Shown here: in pieces, positions 9,641 to 16,862 of the stretch
Layout: each line of letters starts with the position of its first letter
How positions within the stretch are numbered: the stretch's first letter is position 1
NCBI GenBank assembly: GCA_045627525.1
Contig: JAZQNW010000001.1
Coordinates: 120,270 to 184,269, forward strand
DNA length: 64,000 bases
Reading direction: 5' to 3'
Source of the DNA: Bacilli bacterium
Lineage (GTDB): Bacteria; Bacillota_I; Bacilli_A; RF39; UBA660
Notes under the pieces: model-generated
Told to the model about the DNA's origin: nothing
Seen by the model: the letters and a program-made list of their open reading frames with translations, nothing else
Databases searched by the model: none
Made by a program: the position numbers and the translations under genes

Positions 9641-10416
9641 AAAGGTATATAAGTTTCTAATTCATTAATTACTCTATAAATTTCGTCATTGTTTGGATGT
9701 CGTTTGATAGTTATATAAATATCAGCAGTATCTTTTTCCCCAAGATAGTTTTCTTTAACCCTTATTAGTTTTATTTCATTTTTTTTACAAATATCATATT
9801 TTTTCTTTTCTTTTATATATGAGTCAGTTCCATCATGCCATAGTTCTCCATCATATTCAATTCCTATTTGAAGAGATGGTATATAAATGTCAATTTCCAT
9901 TCCATTGTTAAATATATCATTATATCTATTTACTGTATCGGAATAATTCTTTCTTAAATAATAAAAAAGTACTTGTTCTGGATACGATGTTTGAGTTCTT
10001 TTGCTACAATTAGGACATCCAGTACTTAATGATTTATTATTTCTATTATGCGGAGTTGCTTGCCACTCATATCCGCAAACAGAACATTTCCACCAATATT
10101 TTTTTCCACTTCTTGGGGAAACTAAATCAGAAGATATTTCATTCTTTAGTTCATCAAATTCATTAGCCAATAAAGGATATAATGTTTTTAAATCATTAAC
10201 ACCTTTTATCGCTAATCGCCCAGAACAATAAGGACATTTATGGTTTATTCTTCTATTCACTTTTTGTTTCCAACTATGACCTTTTGTACATAACCACCAT
10301 ACTTCTTTTTCTGAACCAGTAGTCAATTTACTTAAATCGATATTATTATTTTTATTATAATCCCATTGGGACATTAATTCTTTATTGTCAGTAACAAACA
10401 TACTCAAGTTAATCAC
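8755..10416 (-). CDS. Multi-zinc-ribbon protein with a central Vsr/DUF559-like PD-(D/E)xK endonuclease core. Two zinc-ribbon modules lie N-terminal of the core and about five lie C-terminal.
   Basis: About seven repeats of W-x-C-x(2,3)-H-x-W...C-P-x-C (for example KVWWKCDKKHEWEATVSSRTRGSGCPYCAGK) form treble-clef-like zinc ribbons. The central segment MEIDIYIPSLQIGIEYDGELWH...NEIKLIRV matches the Vsr/DUF559 signature (D...IEvDG..H...hhRh). The start is non-ATG (GTG or TTG) or the internal ATG. Confidence 0.6.
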   Translation of the reverse strand: MINLSMFVTDNKELMSQWDYNKNNNIDLSKLTTGSEKEVWWLCTKGHSWKQKVNRRINHKCPYCSGRLAIKGVNDLKTLYPLLANEFDELKNEISSDLVSPRSGKKYWWKCSVCGYEWQATPHNRNNKSLSTGCPNCSKRTQTSYPEQVLFYYLRKNYSDTVNRYNDIFNNGMEIDIYIPSLQIGIEYDGELWHDGTDSYIKEKKKYDICKKNEIKLIRVKENYLGEKDTADIYITIKRHPNNDEIYRVINELETYIPLTKKFDLDNEESNIRASYMLALEKKSVAVEYSYLKEEWNYEKNKDLKPESIYSGSDIKVWWKCDKKHEWEATVSSRTRGSGCPYCAGKKVLFGFNDLRTTNAKLIEEWNYEKNSQNPENYTKSSNFKVWWKCNKGHEWEATINSRTHGNSCPYCSGRSAIKGINDLATTNPLLLKEWNYEKNNNLKPTDLKSGSGKKVWWKCGKGHEWEATIYNRISGTNCPYCNNKKVLVGYNDLMTTNYSLCKEWNYEKNKTMIPQMFTNGSHKKVWWKCDKGHEWEAEIRYRVRGTNCPYCK

Positions 10417-10425
10417 TTCTCCTTT

Positions 10426-11097
10426 TTATAAATCATTACATACTTTTCCAACTTCATATAAGATATCACTTTCATATATTTTATTAAAATTTGAAAATTT
10501 AATTCTACTTAGTTTTCTAAAAAATGGATGATCTATTTGATTTAAATATGCATAATTAGATATATCATTTATTATACAATCAAATAGTTCGTTTACTTCC
10601 TTTATTAGCGAAATCAACTCATATGAATCTATATAGTATTCGTACGTAACGTTCTCATGTTCATTTGTTTCTTTATTAAAAATAGCATCATTAACTTTAA
10701 GACCGAACTTAAACCAGCTATCATTTCCAGAATAATGCGACATTATCTTTGCATCGTGAAGTTTATGTTCATATTTATTTCTAATCTTTTTAATTTTTAT
10801 TAAAACTTCTTTATTATTTATAATAATTTGCTCATATTTTTGTTTTAAATATGGAAGTGATTCATCAAATTCTAATAACCCATCTTTTTTAATTAATTTT
10901 ACTTTTTTTTCATTTACAGAACAATATGGAATTATTCTCGGAATATCCTGAATCAAGTCTAATATTACTTTTGAACCAACATTAAAATCATCTATTGCAT
11001 CCGAACCACATAATTTTATTAATCTTTTATTTGATGTATACAAAACATCTATATATCCATAAATCGCATTAAAGATACTCTCATCCATTTTTTCCAC
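10426..11097 (-). CDS. Hypothetical 223-aa protein with an R-x4-H motif (RNKYEH), possibly a HEPN-like RNase or abortive-infection protein
   Basis: No strong family match by eye. The only motif is R-x4-H in KIRNKYEHKLHD. It starts at GTG or ATG with an RBS (agaggt or aggtgg). It is tightly packed between the XRE gene and the zinc-ribbon gene. Confidence 0.35.
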   Translation of the reverse strand: MEKMDESIFNAIYGYIDVLYTSNKRLIKLCGSDAIDDFNVGSKVILDLIQDIPRIIPYCSVNEKKVKLIKKDGLLEFDESLPYLKQKYEQIIINNKEVLIKIKKIRNKYEHKLHDAKIMSHYSGNDSWFKFGLKVNDAIFNKETNEHENVTYEYYIDSYELISLIKEVNELFDCIINDISNYAYLNQIDHPFFRKLSRIKFSNFNKIYESDILYEVGKVCNDL

Positions 11098-11133
11098 CTC
11101 TACCTCTTAATTATATCATAAAGATGAATATCC

Positions 11134-11418
11134 TTACTCTTCTTGCATAAAGCTATATGTTCTAATTTTTTTAGTATTTCTTTTTAAAATAATTTTGTCA
11201 TTTAAATGATTATCATAAAAAATATCATCTGGATACATTTTAAAAATAGAAGAAATTTTAACTGCCATAATATAATCTAATTTTCTTTTTCCATTTTCTA
11301 TTTGACAATAATATGAAATACTGATTTTCAACATCTTAGCCATATCACTACAGGTATAATTATTAACTTTTCTAAATTGCTTTAAAATTTCATACATATA
11401 CATCACCATAAAAAACAT
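11134..11418 (-). CDS. XRE-family helix-turn-helix transcriptional regulator, first gene of the inserted operon
   Basis: Classic HTH_XRE signature (YTCSDMAKMLKISISYYCQIENGKRKLD). The true start is probably the internal Met (MYEILKQF...). Confidence 0.75.
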   Translation of the reverse strand: MFFMVMYMYEILKQFRKVNNYTCSDMAKMLKISISYYCQIENGKRKLDYIMAVKISSIFKMYPDDIFYDNHLNDKIILKRNTKKIRTYSFMQEE

Positions 11419-11540
11419 TACCGCAAATAATTGAAAAAATCCGCTATTTTTTTACAAATAGGAAAATAATTTAAATTTGAAAGGAGGCTTGATATTTAAG
11501 AAAGTAAGTAGTTATAGGGAAAATTCATTGCATATCCGGA

Positions 11541-11562
11541 AACTATATCCCAACTATATCCC
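11541..11562. repeat. Perfect 11-bp tandem duplication (AACTATATCCC x2) at the right junction of the insertion
   Basis: Positions 11541-11551 and 11552-11562 are identical. The first copy creates the premature TAG (cta at 11543-11545) ending the ssb N-fragment. Confidence 0.8.
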
Positions 11563-11764
11563 CCTTAGAACAATAATTAGATGTATTTTCTGCTACATTT
11601 TCAAAAGCTATACAATCTATAAAATCTGTATCATAAGTACCATCCATATTTTTAAAACTCCTTGGTATAGCCAAAGGAATAGTTGCGACTTTTTTACCTC
11701 CTTCTGATTTATTAATTTTAATATCTCGCGTTAATCTTCCAACCAAAACTATTTGATTTAACAT
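11543..11764 (-). pseudogene. ssb: N-terminal fragment (73 codons) of an ssbB-like SSB gene, truncated at the insertion junction
   Basis: MLNQIVLVGRLTRDIKINKSEGGKKVATIPLAIPRSFKNMDGTYDTDFIDCIAFENVAENTSNYCSKGDIVGI* aligns to the first roughly 70 residues of bacterial SSB ([21 protein letters not shown]...ADFINCV.W...AENVANFLKKGSL.GV). It has a strong RBS (gggaggtg) and stops abruptly at TAG. Confidence 0.7.
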
Positions 11765-11854
11765 ATTTCACCTCCCTTCACAAAGATGATATACAATAAT
11801 ATAAAACTCTACAAATGATCATTTTTAGTATTTGATCATAAATAATGAATAAAA

Positions 11855-11890
11855 AAAAAGAAATTTCCTAAACGAAAATTTCTTTTTTAA
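11855..11890 (-). terminator. Terminator of the suf operon (after sufB)
   Basis: Hairpin agaaatttc-ctaaacg-aaaatttct followed by T-run on minus strand. Confidence 0.55.
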
Positions 11891-11925
11891 TATTATATAT
11901 ATTAATAAAATACAACTTTAATACC

Positions 11926-13239
11926 TCATAAATTTCTTTTTATTAATTGATTTAACTCAACTGCATATTCCATAGGTAATTCTTCTCTAAATCTTTCTAG
12001 AAAGCCTAATACTATTAATTCCATTGCTCTTTCTCTAGAAATGCCTCTACTCATTAAATAGAATAAATTTTCTTCACTTATTTTTGAAACAGTAGCTTCA
12101 TGCTCAATACTACTGCTCATATTAAAGCATGAATTAACAGGTATTGTATCACTTTTAGATTTTTCATCTAAAATTAAAGTATCACATTTAACATTGCTGT
12201 TACTATTTAATGCTCCACTATTAATTAATACTTTGCCACGATAAGTAGCATTACCACCATCTCTAGAAATACTCTTAGAAATTATATTGCTCTTCGTATT
12301 TTTACCTAAATGAATCATCCTAGCACCACTATCTTGTTCTTGACCATTGTTAGCAACAGAAATAGTAATACAAGTACCATTAGAATTATCCCCCTTTAAT
12401 ACACAACAAGGATATTTCATAGTTACCTTACTACCTATGTTACCATCAATCCACTCCATAGTACCATTTTCATCTACTAAAGCTCTTTTTGTAACTAAAT
12501 TGTAAACATTAGTAGCCCAATTTTGAATAGTAGAATAACGACATTTACTATTCTTCCCAACATAAATTTCTACAACAGCTGCATGTAAAGATGACTCACT
12601 ATAAGTAGGAGCAGTACATCCCTCAATATAATGCAAATCACTATTATCATCAACTATAATTAATGTTCTTTCAAATTGCCCCATATTTTTACTATTGATT
12701 CTGAAATAACTTTGTAATGGTCTATCTAAAACAGTGTTAGGTGGTACATAAATAAAGCTACCACCACTAAATACAGCACCATTTAATGCAGCAAATTTAT
12801 TTTCATTATTATTAACAATTTTGCCAAAATATTTTTTTACTAAATCAGGGTATTCCTTCATAGCAACTTCAATTGAAGTAAAAATAACTTTTTTCTTTTC
12901 TAATTCTTCTATCATTTTATGATAAATTACTTCACTCTCATACTGAACACCCATACCACCAAGATGTTTTTCACTTTCTAAAACACCCAGATCATTTAAT
13001 TCATCCTTTACAGGTTTTAAAACATTATTCCAATCACTTTGAATTTTTTCATCTGCCTCAGTATTTTTATAATATATAACATCATCAAAATTAAGATTTA
13101 TTTCAGGACCAAATTTAGGCATTTCTAGTTTCAGAAATTTATTAAAACTATCAACACGAAAATCCCTAACCCAAGAATCTTCATTCTTTTTGTTAGAGAT
13201 TTTTTTTACTTTATCTAAATTAATCCCTTTTATTTCCAC
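11926..13239 (-). CDS. sufB: Fe-S cluster assembly protein SufB
   Basis: The conserved C-terminal SufB/SufD motif (LFYLMSRGISRERAMELIVLGFL) and beta-helix core are present. It lies in sufC-D-S-U-B order. Confidence 0.9.
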   Translation of the reverse strand: MEIKGINLDKVKKISNKKNEDSWVRDFRVDSFNKFLKLEMPKFGPEINLNFDDVIYYKNTEADEKIQSDWNNVLKPVKDELNDLGVLESEKHLGGMGVQYESEVIYHKMIEELEKKKVIFTSIEVAMKEYPDLVKKYFGKIVNNNENKFAALNGAVFSGGSFIYVPPNTVLDRPLQSYFRINSKNMGQFERTLIIVDDNSDLHYIEGCTAPTYSESSLHAAVVEIYVGKNSKCRYSTIQNWATNVYNLVTKRALVDENGTMEWIDGNIGSKVTMKYPCCVLKGDNSNGTCITISVANNGQEQDSGARMIHLGKNTKSNIISKSISRDGGNATYRGKVLINSGALNSNSNVKCDTLILDEKSKSDTIPVNSCFNMSSSIEHEATVSKISEENLFYLMSRGISRERAMELIVLGFLERFREELPMEYAVELNQLIKRNL

Positions 13240-13254
13240 TTATAATCACCAGTC

Positions 13255-13770
13255 TTATTTTACTTTTTGTATATTAACTTCTCTTTGATCAAAAAAATTA
13301 TCCATAGCTTTTTTATGCTTACGATCTTTTAATATGACACCCATTAATGACAAATTCATAGTATCATGTAACCTTTTCTTGGCTATATCTGTTCTATCTT
13401 TAAAATAAAATTTAGATGACAATACATAATCCTCTAGATTTTTGATTGTAATTTCTTTAGGAAATTTATCTCCAAATTTATCATCAACAATTAACCAAAC
13501 TGGTCCACTTTCCTTTGCCTCAGTAAGCTCAACAACACATGTACCATATTCTTCACCTGTTGATACAATCACATTTGTTGTTCCTATTACTCTCTTAAAT
13601 ACAGGGTACTCATCACTTGCAAATATATTCATATAATTTTCATTATCAGTATATAAAATACCATAGGCTAAATTTTGACTAACTTCTAGACCTCTATGAT
13701 CCTCATCATAATATCTAAGTTCAGCTAACTTAAGTCCTGCACTTTTTATTTTTTTATTTTTTACATCCAT
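13255..13770 (-). CDS. Hypothetical 171-aa protein embedded between sufU and sufB
   Basis: ATG with RBS tggaggt. It overlaps the sufU stop by about 17 nt. I recognise no family and it is not SufT/SufA-like by eye. Confidence 0.4.
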   Translation of the reverse strand: MDVKNKKIKSAGLKLAELRYYDEDHRGLEVSQNLAYGILYTDNENYMNIFASDEYPVFKRVIGTTNVIVSTGEEYGTCVVELTEAKESGPVWLIVDDKFGDKFPKEITIKNLEDYVLSSKFYFKDRTDIAKKRLHDTMNLSLMGVILKDRKHKKAMDNFFDQREVNIQKVK

Positions 13771-14191
13771 TTTCTAATACCTCCAATATAGACGTAATTG
13801 CTTGATATGGTATCAAAGCACATCCTTTTCTATTAGGTTGTTTACAAATTTCATCATAAACCGTTAGTTCACCTAGCAAATCCCTATCAAAATTCTTTTC
13901 ATTTATCATAGCAACATAATTTTCAAGTATTTTTTTTGCTTCATTTATACTTTTACCAATCAAAGATCTAATCATTATTGAAGTAGCAGATGTACTAATA
14001 GCACAAGCTTCACCATCAAATCTTATATCAACAATTACATCATCTTCAACTTTCATCATTACATCTAAATCATCGATACAACTTTCACTATTAGTATTAG
14101 TTTTTATATAACTATCATCATTTACCAATCCCCTATTCATAGGATCTTGATAATTATCTAATATTATTTCTCTTCTTAAATTATCATCCAT
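13754..14191 (-). CDS. sufU: SufU/IscU-like Fe-S scaffold (sulfur acceptor)
   Basis: The N-terminus (LRREIILDNYQDPMNRG) and conserved Cys positions match SufU. It lies downstream of sufS. Confidence 0.85.
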   Translation of the reverse strand: MDDNLRREIILDNYQDPMNRGLVNDDSYIKTNTNSESCIDDLDVMMKVEDDVIVDIRFDGEACAISTSATSIMIRSLIGKSINEAKKILENYVAMINEKNFDRDLLGELTVYDEICKQPNRKGCALIPYQAITSILEVLENGCKK

Positions 14192-14199
14192 ATAAACTC

Positions 14200-15393
14200 C
14201 TAAATAACTACTTTAAATATATTATCACTTTTTTCTAAAACTTCAACTAATTTATCAATTTCATCTTTCGTATTATATAAATATAAACTTATTCTAACAG
14301 TATTTTTAACATTTAATTCATCTTTTAACATCTTTGCACAATGATTACCTGCCCTAACATATATATGATAATGATTCAAATATATTGAGCTTTCCTGAGC
14401 AAACACCCCTTCAATATTAAACGCCAAAATACCACTATCAGAATTTTTATTATACATTATTATATTTGGAATTTTTTCTAATTTCTGTACTAAGTATTTT
14501 TTTAGATCTTTTTCATGCTCATGAATCTTTTCCATTCCAATATCCATTAAATATTTTATTGCTGTACTCAAACCAATAACCTCAGCAATAGGTGGAGTGC
14601 CAGCTTCAAATTTTGTTGGAACACTCTTTAATTCATAACTATTATCTTCTTCAAAAAACTGATTCATTCCACCACCATAGCATAGTGGATCCATTTTTTC
14701 TAATAATTCATGTTTTCCAACTAAAACGCCAACCCCAGTAGGAGCTAACATCTTATGACCAGAAAATGATAAAAAATCAATATTTGCTCTTTTAAAATCA
14801 ACTTTTAAATGTGGAACACTTTGAGCCCCATCTACACAAAATAAAATATTATTTTCTAAACATATATTTCCTATTTCATAAATATCTCTAACATCACCTA
14901 TTACATTTGTAATATGTGCAATTGAAATTACTTTAGTTTTATCTGTAATACTCCTTTTTACGCTATCTATTGTTAAAGCATACTCATCATTTAAATCCAT
15001 ATATTTAATAACAATACCTATTTCTTCACTAAGCTTAATCCAAGGTAAAACATTAGAAGCATGTTCTGCTTTAGTAAGTAAAACCTCATCCCCTGCTTTT
15101 AAATATTTTTTCATATATCCAAAAGCAATCATATTAATTGACATTGTAGTTCCACTAGTAAATACAACTTCATCACTATTGCAATTAACAAAATTTGATA
15201 CAACTACTCTTGCTTCATCATATAATTTATTTGTAATAATAGAAGCATCATAATCTCCTCTATGAATATTAGAAGTATGTTCACTATAATACTTTTCCAA
15301 ACTTTCAATTACGCATTTAGGTTTTAAAGTCGTTGCTCCGTTGTCAAAAAAAGCAATATCTTGTTTTAACATTGGGAAATCTTCTCTATGCAA
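14200..15393 (-). CDS. sufS: Cysteine desulfurase SufS (PLP-dependent)
   Basis: The PLP-lysine region (SFSGHKMLAPTGVGVL) and the active-site Cys region (RAGNHCA) are present. It apparently starts at TTG 6 nt after AGGAGG. The N-terminus (MHREDFPMLKQ) matches the SufS consensus start. Confidence 0.9.
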   Translation of the reverse strand: MHREDFPMLKQDIAFFDNGATTLKPKCVIESLEKYYSEHTSNIHRGDYDASIITNKLYDEARVVVSNFVNCNSDEVVFTSGTTMSINMIAFGYMKKYLKAGDEVLLTKAEHASNVLPWIKLSEEIGIVIKYMDLNDEYALTIDSVKRSITDKTKVISIAHITNVIGDVRDIYEIGNICLENNILFCVDGAQSVPHLKVDFKRANIDFLSFSGHKMLAPTGVGVLVGKHELLEKMDPLCYGGGMNQFFEEDNSYELKSVPTKFEAGTPPIAEVIGLSTAIKYLMDIGMEKIHEHEKDLKKYLVQKLEKIPNIIMYNKNSDSGILAFNIEGVFAQESSIYLNHYHIYVRAGNHCAKMLKDELNVKNTVRISLYLYNTKDEIDKLVEVLEKSDNIFKVVI

Positions 15394-15404
15394 ACTAACA
15401 CCTC

Positions 15405-15983
15405 CTAAATATTATTTATCTCATCAATAAATATTTTTATTTTATTTAAATCAATACTATCAGAATTAATTAAAAAACCATTTAATAATAATCTATTAGC
15501 AACTTCCAAAGATATTCCTCTACTCATCATATAAAATAATATTTCTTCCTTAAACTTTCCAATATAAGCAGCATGATTACTATCAACATCATAATTATCT
15601 ATTAATAAATTAGGACAAATAGTACTTTTACCATTGGCCATATTAATAATTTGATTGTCTTGATTACATATACACTTATTACTGCTTTTTGGAACAAAGC
15701 CATCTACATAATAAGTCAATCTATTATCTTTAACATTAACTCCATGATTGAAAACTTCACTTCTCGTATTACTAACTAAATGATTAATTCTTATTTTAAA
15801 ATCATTATCATCATAATTAATATCATTATAATAATAATATAAAGTTACACCAGGAACATTTAAATTAATTTCCACATTACTACTACTATTAATAGCAAAA
15901 TGATATATAATAGTATCTTCGTTTATATCATAAACATAATTACTACTTTTATTATCATCTATAATATATAATATTTTACTCAT
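15405..15983 (-). CDS. sufD: SufD-like Fe-S assembly protein (unusually short, about 190 aa)
   Basis: The C-terminal SufB/D signature (ILFYMMSRGISLEVANRLLLNGFL) is present. The start ATGAGTAA overlaps the sufC stop. Confidence 0.7.
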   Translation of the reverse strand: MSKILYIIDDNKSSNYVYDINEDTIIYHFAINSSSNVEINLNVPGVTLYYYYNDINYDDNDFKIRINHLVSNTRSEVFNHGVNVKDNRLTYYVDGFVPKSSNKCICNQDNQIINMANGKSTICPNLLIDNYDVDSNHAAYIGKFKEEILFYMMSRGISLEVANRLLLNGFLINSDSIDLNKIKIFIDEINNI

Positions 15984-16740
15984 TTGAATCAGTTCCAATC
16001 ATAGCATTAATCCCATTATAGCCATTTTTTTCTATTTCATTTGCTAAATCCATCTTACCTGTTTTTTGAATAGTTCCATCCATCATAACATGTACATAAT
16101 CAGGTTTTATATATTTTAATACTCTAGTATAATGTGTAATTATTAATACTGAAGTTTCAGGGTTTTCTTTTAAATATTCATTAATATTATCACAAACTAT
16201 TTTTAAACTATCTACATCAAGTCCAGAATCAAGTTCATCTAAAATAATAAACTTTGGCTTTAAAAACATCATTTGTAATATTTCATTTTTCTTTTTTTCT
16301 CCACCACTAAATCCCATATTAAGTGACCTATGTAACATTGCTTCATCAAGTTTTACCTTTTTCATAGATTCTTCCATTTGTTTTATAAAACTATAAAGGT
16401 TAACTTTTTCACCAACGCACTCACTTTTTGCAGTTCTTAAAAATTCACTATTAGAAACGCCTTCTATAACAGTTGGATCTTGCATACATAGAAATATACC
16501 AAGCTTTGCCCTATCATTAACATTTGCATTTATAATACTTTTTTTACCAAATAAAATATCACCATTTACAACTTCATACTTATAATGACCCATAACAACT
16601 TTTGATAAAGTACTCTTTCCTGTACCATTAGGTCCCATAATTACATGAACTTCACCAGGTTTTATATTTAACGATAATTTTTTTATAATTTCAATGTCAG
16701 TATTCTTAATTTTTACACTTAAATCTTTAATTTTTAACAT
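15976..16740 (-). CDS. sufC: Fe-S assembly ATPase SufC (ABC ATPase)
   Basis: Walker A (GPNGTGKST), ABC signature (FSGGEKKK) and Walker B (FIILDELDSGLD) are present. The start is probably the internal ATG (MLKIKDL). Confidence 0.9.
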   Translation of the reverse strand: MLKIKDLSVKIKNTDIEIIKKLSLNIKPGEVHVIMGPNGTGKSTLSKVVMGHYKYEVVNGDILFGKKSIINANVNDRAKLGIFLCMQDPTVIEGVSNSEFLRTAKSECVGEKVNLYSFIKQMEESMKKVKLDEAMLHRSLNMGFSGGEKKKNEILQMMFLKPKFIILDELDSGLDVDSLKIVCDNINEYLKENPETSVLIITHYTRVLKYIKPDYVHVMMDGTIQKTGKMDLANEIEKNGYNGINAMIGTDSNE

Positions 16741-16832
16741 AATGCCATCTCCATCTATTAACATATTATACCAAATTTTCTACAAAAAATGTTGGAAAAT
16801 AATAAAAAATATTCTATCACATAAAAATTATA

Positions 16833-16862
16833 AACAAAATAAAAGATGAATAAAATTCATCT
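16833..16862 (-). terminator. Terminator after the 16862..17998 gene
   Basis: Hairpin agatgaat-aaaa-ttcatct plus T-run on minus strand. Confidence 0.55.

Noticed and set aside
10001-10231. 76-aa plus-strand ORF inside the zinc-ribbon nuclease gene
   Set aside because: It is antisense to a strongly supported CDS. It has no RBS and a Cys/His-poor random composition. It is spurious.
8406-11549. Insertion as a conventional IS element, transposon or prophage
   Set aside because: It has no transposase, integrase or recombinase ORF and no terminal inverted repeats. Its cargo genes are regulator, nuclease and SSB-like. It is treated instead as an uncharacterised insertion cassette.
11477-11707. 76-aa plus-strand ORF overlapping the ssb N-terminal fragment
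   Set aside because: It is antisense to the SSB-homologous frame, which has clear protein similarity. It is spurious.
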